Shown here: positions 39,676 through 54,141 of the stretch, piece after piece
Layout of the letters: each line of letters opens with the position of its first letter
Position numbering within the stretch: the first letter of the stretch is position 1
Assembly: GCA_964016885.1 (NCBI GenBank)
Contig: OZ024742.1
Span: 270,010,001-270,074,000 of the forward strand
Reading direction: 5' to 3'
Origin: Eledone cirrhosa
Lineage: Eukaryota
Length of the DNA: 64,000 bases
Made by a program: the position numbers and the translations under genes
Notes under the pieces: generated by a model
The model's database searches: none
What the model saw: the letters and a program-made list of their open reading frames with translations, nothing else
What the model was told of the DNA's origin: nothing

Positions 39676-39862
39676 TGGAATTGGCTGTATCGGTAGAGGG
39701 TCGGATGTCATGCTTTCGAGCATTTAGTTACGTCCCTTTACGGTATGTGTTCAAATCCCGCCAAGGTTAACTTTGCCTTTCATCCTTACGGGGTCGATAA
39801 AATAAAGTACCAGTAATACACTGGATTAATATGCTGGCCTTGTGGCAATAGTAGAAACTATT
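39676..39862 (+). mobile_element. SINE F copy
   Basis: Matches family F. Confidence 0.8.
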
Positions 39863-40039
39863 ATCTATGTAGGGAAAACGTCCTTATCTACTTATTTTAT
39901 CACTCTCGTGTTAAATGTATATATATATATATATATACATGCACACATACGCACAAACAAAGGCACATATTCACACACACACACAGTCACACACACATAC
40001 ACATACATACATATATCTAAAACTCTAAAGTCTGTCTTA

Positions 40040-40252
40040 TGACAGTCTCATTTTGCCGGTGCTTATCCCGGTATGAAGCGACTGAGAGTACAAGACCCCC
40101 CTGGACAGGACGTGAGTCCATCGCATGGTTAAATCCCCAGTTATTAGCGGTACTCATTTTCAGGTGAATATACTGGAGTAACATGAAACGAAATGTATTG
40201 CTGAAGGACACAACACGCAACCCAGGAATTGAACCCACGACGTTATGATCGG
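40040..40252 (-). mobile_element. Second tRNA-derived SINE family (Nin/Deu-like core)
   Basis: Minus strand: B box GGGTTCAATTCC, then tgtgtccttcagcaatac..ttactccagt and catgcgatggactcacgtcctgtccagggg. Confidence 0.6.
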
Positions 40253-40553
40253 ATACATATATATGTATATATGCGGAAAAGGTTTGAATTTTGAAATTTA
40301 AATTTGTCTAGGTACCACGGCTATTTGCCAATATGAGTTTGCGTATATTGATTTATTATTTTTTAAATCGATACAGGCAGGCTATATTTATTTGAATTAG
40401 TTTGTTTCATTCTAGCTAACTTTTGTCTTTTACAATACAAACACTTAGGAGTTTACCATATATTAAGTTATATTATATTTTATTGCACGGCTCAGAAATG
40501 CTTCTTTCTTTGAGCTAATTAATTGTAAATGACTCTTTGAGTGTATACTCTAA

Positions 40554-40600
<47 letters not shown>

Positions 40601-40605
<5 letters not shown>

Positions 40606-40795
40606 AACGAGTAGGACCCCGACGGCTGAGCTCAAGCCGTTTCGACGGCTAATTCTATCCAGAATTAGCCGTCGAAACGGCTCGAGCTCAGCCCTCGGGG
40701 TCCTACTCGTTCCTATTACCCACTCTACTACCCTAAGTATTGAGTACTTTGGTGCGTTATGGTCCACCTGGTTCCTTACCACATTTCCTTCGTTA
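40601..40795. repeat. Repeat C with near-perfect ~56-bp fold-back
   Basis: 40601-40656 is inverted at 40661-40716 with a 4-nt spacer. Confidence 0.85.
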
Positions 40796-40819
40796 TATAT
40801 ATATATATTTGGTTTCTGA

Positions 40820-41882
<1,063 letters not shown>

Positions 41883-41948
41883 TACATATATATATATATA
41901 GATATATATATACATATATATATACATATATATATCTATATATCTATC

Positions 41949-41987
<39 letters not shown>

Positions 41988-42005
41988 ATATGCATATATA
42001 TATAT

Positions 42006-42038
<33 letters not shown>

Positions 42039-42779
42039 CACATACATTATGTGTGTGTGTAGATTCGTGTTTATGCGCTGTAATTTACTTTAGAAACATT
42101 TTATCTTAACTATAATACAATGTAATAAATTTAATTTTCACGGCCAGACGACTGTATTTATCAGTTACTTCACATTAGTTTTAAATATAATACAAGTCAG
42201 ACACAAGTGTACTCAGTCTTTTAAACAAAATACATCCACATATAATTGAAACAAATAGATATCTGTCTACGTTAAACTACTTTTTTTCTCATGTCTTTCT
42301 GTCTAAATTGCTTTCTTTGTTGTGCCTTGTCGGTTGAGTAATCATTTTGCATCTACACTTGCTTATATTATGAGATACTAATAAATCATCGTATAAGAGA
42401 AAGTGAAATTTGAATAGATATCGTCTACATGAGCATTAGGTATGTATGTATAGAGATAAATACATACATAACTACTCACACACACACACATGCACCACAC
42501 ACTCATATATATATATATATATTTATAGGGAGAGAGATATGGGGAGAAAGATAGTGTGATACGCATATAGAGAGAGAAATGCTTCTTATATTAGGTGCTT
42601 GGTTAGATATATAAATGGGATTGAATAAGTTTTCAGAGAATGTATTTCTCCGTTTAATGTGTTTACCTAATAAAATGCCTCTGTGAATAACGGCTACGTG
42701 TACAGGTTTCTTGGTAAATAACTACAAAACTAACAACAACAGCCCTAAAATGATAATGGTTTCTAATTTATGCGCATGG

Positions 42780-43740
42780 CAATACATTTATACTCGCCGG
42801 AGTATTTGTAGAGAATATTGTTTGAGGAATAATATAAATAGCGATATAGAAATATGTATTTCTGAAAAGCGTAATGTGATGGAAGAATAACATTTATCTT
42901 TCGCTCTACCGATTCTACCACTCCACCACTGACTATTTCATGTAACAAATTAGATTCTAACGACGAAAAACGGTAGAAATTTAAATTAAAAATGTAAAAT
43001 AGTCATTACATCACATATGTACTAGTAACGGACACAAAATATGCAAAATCAAAAGCGAAATATGCAAAAAATGCAAAATATATAAATTAAAAAGGGAAAA
43101 GAAGTAACACGAGAAATTTCAACGTTTGGAGACATGCTGAATATTGCCTAACACAATCTGAACTTGAACAGGACACTTGAAACAAAATAATAAGCGGAAA
43201 TATAAGGAAAAAATAATGATTAGGAGAACTAAAATTGGAAATCGTGACCATAATAATATAACTGTTGACATAATTACAAAGCATTTAACAAAGAACGTAT
43301 GAGAACCTTAGGATAACACTTGATTTTAAAAGAGCAACAATACAAATATTAACCCGGCCACCTCAAGCATGATCGAAACAACTACGGCACTCATATTAAC
43401 TTCACAGATCCACCTGGCACTGAAAATGGATCATGCTTATCTGATTGTATACCCCAAACGGAGATAATACTGCACATTCGTAGCGTTACTTTCTTTTAAT
43501 TTAATAAACGTTTTGATGACAAACTTTTACAGACAATGGCTTCCCAGTTCAATCTACCATTTAAAACATAGTATTGGCTTTCTGACGTACTTACATCTAG
43601 GTCTGTCTCTCTAACACTATTCCAATCACTATATCTAATTTTACTAGATTTTATATTTATCAGTCTCATTCTCTTCCTAAACACCCAGAATATAAAGTTA
43701 AGCCAGCAGACTAACACATAAATACAACACCACACGCCTT
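42780..43740 (-). pseudogene. Putative decayed class A GPCR pseudogene
   Basis: IYVLVCWLNFIFWVFRKRMR, YYVLNGRLNWEAIVCK (ECL1/TM3), CSIISV..I.SDKH..F..P and CNYVNSYIIMVTISNF..P (TM5), in order. Confidence 0.4.
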
Positions 43741-44159
43741 AATGTCTAGATGTCTATCAATTCCTTACCCTACAAAATCTACGTTCATAAAGCCTTTAAT
43801 ACGTGACATAAAACAAAGACAGCTAATTTTGCGTCATTGATTAGTCATGCACGCACGCAGCTCGCATTTACTTAAGTTATACATTACCCAATAGAAAAAG
43901 GAAATAGCATTACATCGATCCAGAGTGCGGTGACCTTAAACACCAGATTTCAAAAAATATTTATAGTTGCGCAGGGCTCCATAATAATAATAAGATGATC
44001 ACCATCGCTAGAACCAAATATTACCCATTTCCTATTCACCTATTAAACTATAAAAAACAAACAATTTAAACTAAAATTGTTACCTCTGCAGTACCTACAT
44101 TTCAAATCCCAAGCAGTAGATTAGCGGAATTTTTTAAAACATCTGAGAGGAAACTTCAG

Positions 44160-46190
44160 AGTGTCTTCTTTGTCCTATTAGGGTTTACTTGTGAAAAGAA
44201 TTGCAAATTGTAATGTCTTGAAGTTCGGCAACACCAGAGGCACGGAGAAGGGATATTTGCATCGTGAATGCCCACTATAAAGAATATTTCCCGGCTGCAA
44301 CATGAACAGACAATTTCAATTTCAGCGTAATGAAGACTGGAAATATATAAATTTACGGAAATATATATAATCATATTTTATTTTATATATTGCGCTATGT
44401 CTCTTTCAGGGACAGAGTAACTCACACAGACAAACACACATGACATGCAAATACACACATCTACCCCCCCCCCCTACACACACACAAACATACAGAGAGT
44501 TTATTATAAATCGTTAATATCTGAATGAAGGCCTTCATAATTTATTACCAGATAATCAAATACAGTAGTGTCTGCCGTGTTACTTGTTTAGTTCGCTTTT
44601 CATTTCTGTGTAATACTTGACACTATCTTTACAGTCATGTTGATGTAATTTTAAGAATTTGAACAATAAGCCATGATTTACTGCGTCAGAACCGAACAGA
44701 AATATGCAACACCACATCTCTTAATTCTTTGTTATATAAAAGTAACCTACCCCACTTCATTTTAGAGTAATCAGGTGTTTGCACATCATCCGTCATGTTG
44801 AAATTTCCTCATCCATCAAATGATCAAATATTTTAGAAAACTATATAAAATATTTGCTAGATTGATTAATCCTTAATTATATGTTCGTTTGTGAAAAATT
44901 CGTGTCCATTAAAAAGAGTAGTCATTAAATTCTTCAGTGTTCCGTCACGAAATCCAAAATGTTCGATCTCGTTTCGGATTGCTTTTCTTGTTGTTATTGC
45001 TATTGTTGTTGTTGCTGGTATTGTTGAATTGTCTTCTTCGTCTTCTTCTTCTTCTTCTTCTTTCATTGATTATTTTTCTGTCATTTATTTATTTTTGATT
45101 TTACAGTAATTCATTTTTCAATTTATTCGATTGCCCCAGCTGACAATCAGGATATGGATGAAAAATTTATTGAACTATCTGCGAGTTAGTGGATGCCATT
45201 TTGAATCTTGCAACCTCTTGCAGGTATCCTAATATCACATTAATCATCCGAGCGATTAGTTCCAGCATCATTTGCAATGGAAGAAGTAGTACCAATTTAT
45301 AATCAAGTAATTCACATCGATTCAGATGTCGATTCTCTGATCTGATATCATTTCTCTGATGTTGATACCAACAAAGGACCCTCATACACTATCAAATAAC
45401 AAGGGACTATATTCGTCATTAGCTCAATGAACCAAATACTACGTTGAAACCTAAAATAGGCTGTATAGGGAAATATAGAATCAATCGCAAATATTGAGTT
45501 GTTGTTTTTTTAGCCCATTAACGTGATATATTTTACACCTTTCATTTGCAAATTTGCTGCTTATCCTGGGGAAAATGAATATAATAAAATCATGTGTTTT
45601 ATACTCGAAGAAATTATCAAATGTGTTGAAACGGAAAACAGAGGAATTTAACTAATGCCATTTCGTCTAAGTTGTAACAAAGGTAATTGAAAGTGCTGCT
45701 CTTTGATGTTATATGAATATCTGTCAAAATACACGCCTGTGTGGATACAATAAAAATGGTATTATTGTTTTTCCCTATTACTGTCAACCATTTAATGCAC
45801 AATTGCTATCATTACTCTTCTTTGGTGGATGATATTTGAAGGTAGCAACGCTTATTCCGTCAATACAAACAGCAATTTTAAGTTTGATCATTGTGAAAAA
45901 TCTGGATACTTATTTTTCTTAGTATCATAAACTTTATAGATATTAGTTGGATATGGCACGATAGGGCCATTGTTAAGTCAGATGGGTGTTCCGAAAATAT
46001 ACAGCTAAGAGCGAAGCAGTATTCATATAGTCCCCAACACTGTGATAAGGTCGTAATCAAGATAACCCATCAAACATAGAATGACCCATATAGCAACTAA
46101 TTTGGTATATAGGGGACGAAATTTACCGTTGTAAGCCACGGCAGTGGCGTGGATGTCAGTGCTGTTTCATTGCTTCCTAACAGGTATTCA
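44160..46190 (-). pseudogene. Putative decayed class A GPCR pseudogene (TM1-TM7 remnants)
   Basis: SNET sequon, LVAIWVILCLMG..LITVLG (TM1), IFS..SDLTMAL (TM2), IAVCID..FKY..RRVMIAIV (TM3/ICL2), MILLY (TM5), FPVFI..IVCSCC..FFIVG..AN..SPCLW (TM6-7). Confidence 0.45.
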
Positions 46191-46699
46191 ACTCCTATAC
46201 CTGGAAGTCTTATTTTTGACATGCCAACATTTAATGCGGAGAACGAAAAGATAAATCAATAGGTATGCGATATGAAGATACCTGTAACTCCGAACATTGA
46301 TAGGGAAAGTATCACTTTTCTTTGTACAGTTAAATGAATGTAATAGCCATATGCTACTTTTGAGTAATCAAAACATCAATATACAGGACACTGTATTTAT
46401 AGAGATATGTTCTCTACAAATACAAGTGTTATATGAGAGGAAATTCTTTTCTATGTTCAAACTAACATATATTTGACAATAAGTTAGGAGGAAAATGAAG
46501 CAGAGTCATCGTTCAAAATGACAGAAGGAAGATGAATTGCTTTCCAATACTGAAGTAAATATGAAATAGTTTTGGTAATGTTCAGATTGAAAAGATGGTA
46601 GACCGGGATTAAGTAAACCAAACAAATATATCATCTTCATTTCAAGCCTAATATCAGTAATATGGAACAGTCGATTCGGATAGATGCTATTTTCCGATG

Positions 46700-47870
46700 A
46701 GATGCTATTTTCAAACCTCACCATTTCTGCACACACGAATGTGAAATAAGGCAAAAGTAGTACGTTTGTAAAGTGTTTATTAATTGTGTAATTACAATTT
46801 CTACTACATGCCTGGTGATAGGCAGAAACACTGCCATAAAACAAACGAAAAAGTTTCACCCTCAAGAAAAATACTTTAATTGTTTTATCTACTAGAAATA
46901 GCAGCAATATATTCTTACAAAAACATTTTAACAGTAAAACAAAAGACGACGAATAATGCATTAGACAATACATTTTGAAATACAATAATCACAATTAGAA
47001 AGGTACTTTGTTTTATGACACCATGATTAGGACTGGCTTAGCTCTAAATAACAATAACAAAAGCAACGAAAACCTTTATTTATTCACCCCAACATTGCGA
47101 GAATCATTGGTAAACTCTCTTACAAATTACGGTCTGGTTTCTCCCATGAAGAAACAGATGTTCCTAAAGGGGACCATGTATGGTAGGACCTTAATACAAA
47201 GATTTTTAAAACAGTCTTAACCCAAGAAAAATAATATCTTGAATATCTAGCACTATGATATGCAAAATGTCACTTACTTACTTAAGTCAAGAGGATGCAA
47301 CTTTCAAACATCTTTAGAATGTTAGTATAGATTCCTTTGTTAGGTCAGTACAATTCGTATTTGATGTGGCCAGGATGATAAGCATCTACGAATAAATAAA
47401 TATTTGCCTTGTAGGTTTTCTTTCGAAGAGAAGCATGGATAGTCAGTGGAACTTAAAATACAGAGTTTTAAATCATTTAAAAACATTTGCCAAAATAAAT
47501 GGAGTGAATAACGACATTAACCGAAACAATTGCAGCCGAAAATGGAACAATTAAAATATGATGCAAACTAAAATACGGTTGTATATGATAGCTACATGAA
47601 CATGATTTCATATGGGTTCCCTTTACAAGTATATTAATTATTCGGGTGAAACAGCTTCTAACCCTCACTTGATCATTTATTATTATTTATTATCAACATT
47701 GTGTACACTAGCGTCGTTAGCTACTGGTTTCCAACGATACGGCTATTGGTTTATATATAATATTTCCATCGGTGACAATAACAACGAATAACATGCTTTC
47801 CACTACTGAACAGCTATCGCAATGTTTTCGAGTTCGAAAATAAGAACGTACTTTATTCTATTTTTTCTGC
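46700..47870 (-). pseudogene. Putative decayed class A GPCR pseudogene
   Basis: LLLSPMEILY (TM2), ASVHNV (TM3, cf. MHNV in the 37.9-kb copy), ILIVPFSAAIVSVNVVI (TM5), FFVCFMAVFL..ACSRNC (TM6/ECL3). Confidence 0.38.
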
Positions 47871-47945
47871 TGATTGTTAAACATAAATACACACACACAT
47901 ATACATACACATATATAGTAAAACACACACACACAGAGACACAAA

Positions 47946-48008
<63 letters not shown>

Positions 48009-48129
48009 TATTGTTATCATTTCGGAAGTTTCATGCTGCCAAAATAAATACAAACACCTGCTGGTTTTCACTTCAATTTCTTCCAAATTTTCAGTGGGAT
48101 GGTTTAACACGCGGATGTTATTTTCTTTA

Positions 48130-50260
48130 TTACTAAAAGAATTTCGTCACATAGTGTGACCTCCCAAGTGACTAATCTGATATTTTGTGTCTTTGTTTTT
48201 CTGTCCTGCGCTATCTTCTTTCTGTATGTTGTGTGCTGTGTATTTGGGTTGCGTATGCGTTATCCGGGTATGTGCGTGTTTAGATTTATTTATTTATAAG
48301 AAGTTTATTTACTTGTAAGTAGTTGGTTGTATCTCTGTGTGCCTGGTTTATTTTATTACTTTGGTTCTTGTGTGTCTCTATATGTTTTTATCTTCTGATG
48401 TTGATATTCCACTCAAATTTTCTGCTTAATTTTGATTGGAGTTGATTTATGTTTGCACGTTTTCTGTGTGGATATAATATTCATTTCTATGTTCCTCAGT
48501 TTGTACCTCTATTTTGGCATGTTGATGGAGTAATCATGAATTCTTCCTATCTTGGAATTCCCGCCAGGGTTCATTTATCCTTTCTCCTATGCTAGGGATT
48601 ATTTCACCTATGTAAGTAGTGTTCCTATTCCTACAATGTCCCTTACTACATCATATGATATACACTACGTTCCTAGGTTTGAAGTTAATTTATGGGCTTA
48701 ATTTGCACACTATGCATTTCCTGTCAATTCAGGGTTTTATTTCAAAAGGATATGCTCTACTAATTAGGATCTTTATTGGAATACCTTGTCTTTCAACTAT
48801 TTTGATATTTAATTTTTGTACAAGAGCCCTTCTAATTATGTAAGCTAGTTCGGCTCTGGGGGTTGGATTGACGGACATTACAATATGGTATCTATTACTA
48901 TCATGCAACGAATTGAATTTATCAGTCGTTGTTATTCTTTCTATCTTATTCTAAGATTTGCTCGTATACATGTGGTAAGTCCCTTTCACATCATTTTCTA
49001 CAATCTTTGTCCATTAGGCTCTACATCATTTATGTACCCTGACACTGACTCCCTCATTGTAGCCAGAGAATTGCATGCGGTGACTGAAGTGTTTTATGTG
49101 TCTCTAATATTTCACGATTGCCGATATGGGACACATTCCTCTTCACTCTTATTTAAACCATAGTTAGTATATTAACTTTCATGCTATCCGAAACCGCTGA
49201 GATTCGATAGATCAGGTACTTGCAGGCAATGGGTTATGCATAATACAAATGGAGGATTTGTTTTTTATGTTTAATGGTTTCTAACCAGATTTCTGTGTCT
49301 ATTACAGGTAATATATGTTGGGGTGCATTGCTGTGTTGTCTATAATACTGTATGTTTTTCTATTGACCTTAAACATATGTTCCTTAAGGGTTCATGTTAA
49401 ACTGTCCCCACCGCATCTGCGATCATTTTCTTTACATGGTCGTGGTTTTCGGTGGTTAATATAGCTCTAGTACACCAGTTCCGTCTTTCTGCGTGGGTCG
49501 TCTTGGCCATTTGGTAATGGCTGGTGGCCCGTTTGTTTGGGTCTTGTGGTTCAGAGGCTATTAACGTCGGGTACAAGCAGGAACCCCATTCGATCCCGCG
49601 GAATTTGACATCACTCTCGCTGATCATCTCTCCGCATATTCCCACAACGAAATATGTCTGTGGATTGCGTCTTTGTTGTGTGTGAATATATGTTTTATTT
49701 CTATGTTATCTAATGTGTCCCCATATTCCATTTTGGCATGCTGGTGGAGTACTGATTAGTACTTCTCGCCAGTGTTCATATCTTCTTTCGGGCTGTCTCA
49801 CTTATGGAAATTGAGTTCTTATTCCCGCACTATTCCTCAGTACATCTTATGATATTTACTATGTTCCTAGATTTGCATTTAATTTGTGGGCTTAATTTGC
49901 GGACGATGTATCTCCTATCAGTGCAGGTTTTTCTCAAGGATGTGTTCTACTGATTAGGGCTTTTATGGGAAAATCTGTCCTTTCAACAATCTTAATATTT
50001 ATTTTTTGTTGTGCAAAGCCCTTCTCTATCTATAAGCTAGTTTACCCGTACGGATTGCATTGAGGAACATTGATCGCTGGTAGTTATTGTTATCATACAA
50101 CGAGTTGATTTTATTATACTTTTTTCTTAATTATTTCTATCTTATTTCCAAATGATCTGCCATATATGTAGCAAGTTCCATTCGCATTATTTTCTACAAT
50201 TTTGACCATTTGGCCCTGGTTCTTTGATATAACTTGATGTTGTCTCTTTGATTGTAGCCA
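48130..50260 (-). mobile_element. Degenerate Penelope-like family A fragments (two partial tandem copies)
   Basis: Homologous to 57200-58700 (IKIVE..G, CIVC..); family A tail at ~48130-48350. Confidence 0.65.
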
Positions 50261-50932
50261 GATAACTCTAGCCATGCAATAATCTGCATCAAAGCTATCG
50301 AAAACAAGTCGGAGATCAAATTCTATCGTGTTATGTAATGCCAGCCGACTGATTTTACACCTGGGAGTCGTCATTTCCACCATGGCAGCGCATATCAATG
50401 CAGTCCATGAAAATAATGAATGGGGGAGGTGAGCGAACCCACCATTGGCGGATGCAGTTGGCATTGTCAGTAACGGTTGAGGTACTGATATCTATTTATA
50501 TAAACATAATAGTGGGTTGTAGGAGGTGGGTGAAATATAAACGTTGGAGGACATACAAGGTAAAATAAATATTATATTAAGCACGTATATATACAAGGCT
50601 TAAACAAAGTGATACAGTAAAAATAAGTTTCAAATTCAGTTGGTGTCTTTAGAAGGTTTCAGAAGCTTTCTTTAAAATACTTTACAGCTTAACCGGTTTC
50701 ACAAATTGGATGAGTTTATAAAGTCAAGTGAATGGAGAAGTGGCTGGTTATGCCAGTTTGTAACGTACATCTAAGTGATGCTGGAAATTTAATTCGGTTT
50801 TATATAGAAAATCTGGCTCCAATTGCTATATGTGTACTTCAATTTGATAGGTTGAAGAAGATCTTGATTTTAGGCATCGAATGACAGTTGCTATTGTTCG
50901 TGTGGCAGTACATAAATTCTAAATGCAGACAA

Positions 50933-50992
<60 letters not shown>

Positions 50993-52067
50993 ATTGTGTG
51001 TGCGTTGGGTTGATATGATTCAGTAAGTAGGCGGGTGCACAAATATGTTTTCATTTGAATAAATGTTTTCTCTTTTATATATGTTTGTGTTTTTGTGTGT
51101 ATGTTTGTGTGTCTTTCTGAGACGGTCTGTATTTAGTGTTTGTAGCAACGGCGATTTATTCACCCCTTTGAGTTTCATGTGTTAACATACTAACGATGGC
51201 AGAAATAATAACATTGATGATAATAATTATGTTAACAAGGTGAAGAATATTAGGTGTGTGTGGGGGGGTTGTTAGATTCTATTCAGTCATCATTTGTATT
51301 TTTGGATACATGAGTTTTTGCTGTTTGATCTGTGGTAATATCTCGACAAGGAAATAATAGAAAAAAGTAGATTTTTGATTGAGTCATTCATTTCACACAA
51401 ATCTAAATGCTAACTAAGTGGTATATGTCTCGTGGTGAGGTCTCGCAATATTTGGCGGTAACCTATCCTTCTCTTTCTGAGGGTGAGTTTGGTTTTGAAG
51501 GTGGTGTAGGACAGAACAAAGGAGAGATACAAAATAAGAAATCAGTCACTGAGGAGGTCAAAGCATGTGTGACGAAAGAGATTTGAAAATATATAAACAA
51601 CCATCCGATTATTGAACCAACCAACCTGAAATTAATAATACATTGAAGTGAAAACGAACAGTTTCGTGTGCTTTTATTGACAGCATGACGAAGTATAAAA
51701 AATATCTGTTTCAACACAGGTTTTCTGATAAGAAATCTTACCAAACAAATAAAAAAAACGAAGTATGTATATAAAAATCAAATAACAGGAGGATGGACTG
51801 GTGAAAATTCTTGAAAGGTGTATTATACTATGATCATTTCAATGACCAGGTTCCGTATGAATCCGGTGATATCATCAGGTATTCGAAATCTAACAAAGGA
51901 ATATAACAGATAAAATCCATGGGTCCGTAAATCAAAGACAAATAGGACGATTGACCAACTAGCTGCTTTCACCTCAGTCAGTCGCGCTCAAGTGATAGCT
52001 ACTCGGTCTACTAATGACCATCTGGAAATCTTATAATGTATTACCACCTCTCCGTCAAAGAGAAAAA

Positions 52068-52068
52068 A

Positions 52069-52124
<56 letters not shown>

Positions 52125-52150
52125 CAAGAAAGAAAGAAAGAAAGAAAGAA
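52068..52150. repeat. (GAAA)n microsatellite
   Basis: Directly visible. Confidence 0.95.
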
Positions 52151-52401
52151 ATAAGAAAAGTCAGCGTAAGGGTCACACTGCAGTCAGGCTAGAAATCGCC
52201 GCGAAAAATGTTATTCCAAAGAACCTATATCTTAACAGATGCATATATAGTAGGCGTCTGTATGGTATAATGTGTGAACAGAAAATTGGAACGGTAAACT
52301 TATGTTTAGAGTTATAGGATGAAATAAATTAAATTAAATATTACATCAAGATTGACCAGACGGAATGACCAATTCCATCCAGTGGTGAACCATCAAACCT
52401 A

Positions 52402-52471
<70 letters not shown>

Positions 52472-52689
52472 AATTAAGTTAAAGTGTACATCTACATATG
52501 TATACGGAAGTATTAGTATGCATATAAATACACACATGTATACATATGTACATGTACTCAGCTTTTCACTAGACACTTTACAGTGAGTGTCAGCTAGTCT
52601 GTATGTAACCACACAGACGGACCGGGTTTTAGAGTCATACGGGTTTTCAAGGAAACACATTTCCTCTATTCTCCAGAGGGCCAGACAGG

Positions 52690-52734
52690 AATATTGGACT
52701 AGTTTCGATGTTATTACATCTCATCAGCAATATT
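52690..52734 (-). ncRNA. Type I hammerhead ribozyme, unit 1
   Basis: AAUAUUG-CUGAUGA-GAUGUaauaACAUC-GAA-ACUAGU-C-CAAUAUU: canonical core, 7-bp stem I, 5-bp stem II, palindromic stem III, GUC cleavage site. Confidence 0.92.
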
Positions 52735-53158
52735 TACCCATCTTCCGGCTTCTCTGGAGAATTGTAAAAGCACATATCGTTATATGCTTTTTCTATGAAA
52801 ATTAGTAGTGGGTAGACTAATTTGCATAGAACGTGAGTCATTGTACGCACCGGTTCAGCGGAAACGATAAAAACAAATAACGAAACGAAATTAAATTTCG
52901 TTTCGCTTCTAACTCACTTTTGTATGACTGACGCTTAAACAATTAAGATAAAGTGTACATCTACATATGTATACGGAAGTATTAGTATGCATATAAATAC
53001 ACACATGTATACATATGTACATGTACTCAGCTTTTCACTAGACACTTTACAGTGAGTGTCAGCTAGTCTGTATGTAACCACACAGACGGACCGGGTTTTA
53101 GAGTCATACGGGTTTTCAAGGAAACACATTTCCTCTATTCTCCAGAGGGCCAGACAGG

Positions 53159-53203
53159 AATATTGGACTAGTTTCGATGTTATTACATCTCATCAGCAAT
53201 ATT
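53159..53203 (-). ncRNA. Type I hammerhead ribozyme, unit 2
   Basis: Identical to unit 1. Confidence 0.92.
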
Positions 53204-53627
53204 TACACATCTTCCGGCTTCTCTGGAGAATTGTAAAAGCACATATCGTTATATGCTTTTTCTATGAAAATTAGTAGTGGGTAGACTAATTTGCATAGAA
53301 CGTGAGTCATTGTACGCACCGGTTCAGCGGAAACGATAAAAACAAATAACGAAACGAAATTAAATTTCGTTTCGCTTCTAACTCACTTTTGTATGACTGA
53401 CGCTTAAACAATTAAGTTAAAGTGTACATCTACATGTGTATACGGAAGTATTAGTATGCATATAAATACACACATGTATACATATGTACATGTACTCAGC
53501 TTTTCACTAGACACTTTACAGTGAGTGTCAGCTAGTCTGTATGTAACCACACAGACGGACCGGGTTTTAGAGTCATACGGGTTTTCAAGGAAACACATTT
53601 CCTCTATTCTCTAGAGGGCCAGACAGG

Positions 53628-53672
53628 AATATCGGACTAGTTTCGATGTTATTACATCTCATCAGCAATATT
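53628..53672 (-). ncRNA. Type I hammerhead ribozyme, unit 3
   Basis: Core intact; one stem I change giving a U-G wobble. Confidence 0.9.
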
Positions 53673-54096
53673 TACCCATCTTCCGGCTTCTCTGGAGAAT
53701 TGTAAAAGCACATATCGTTATATGCTTTTTCTATGAAAATTAGTAGTGGGTAGACTAATTTGCATAGAACGTGAGTCATTGTACGCACCGGTTCAGCGGA
53801 AACGATAAAAACAAATAACGAAACGAAATTAAATTTCGTTTCGTTTCTAACTCACTTTTGTATGACTGACGCTTAAACAATTAAGTTAAAGTGTACATCT
53901 ACATATGTATACGGAAGTATTAGTATGCATATAAATACACACATGTATACATATGTACATGTACTCAGCTTTTCACTAGACACTTTACAGTGAGTGTCAG
54001 CTAGTCTGTATGTAACCACACAGACGGACCGGGTTTTAGAGTCATACGGGTTTTCAAGGAAACACATTTCCTCTATTCTCCAGAGGGCCAGACAGG

Positions 54097-54141
54097 AATA
54101 TTGGACTAGTTTCGATGTTATTACATCCCATCAGCAATATT
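54097..54141 (-). ncRNA. Type I hammerhead ribozyme, unit 4 (core variant CUGAUGG)
   Basis: A9->G substitution in the catalytic core; probably impaired. Confidence 0.8.
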
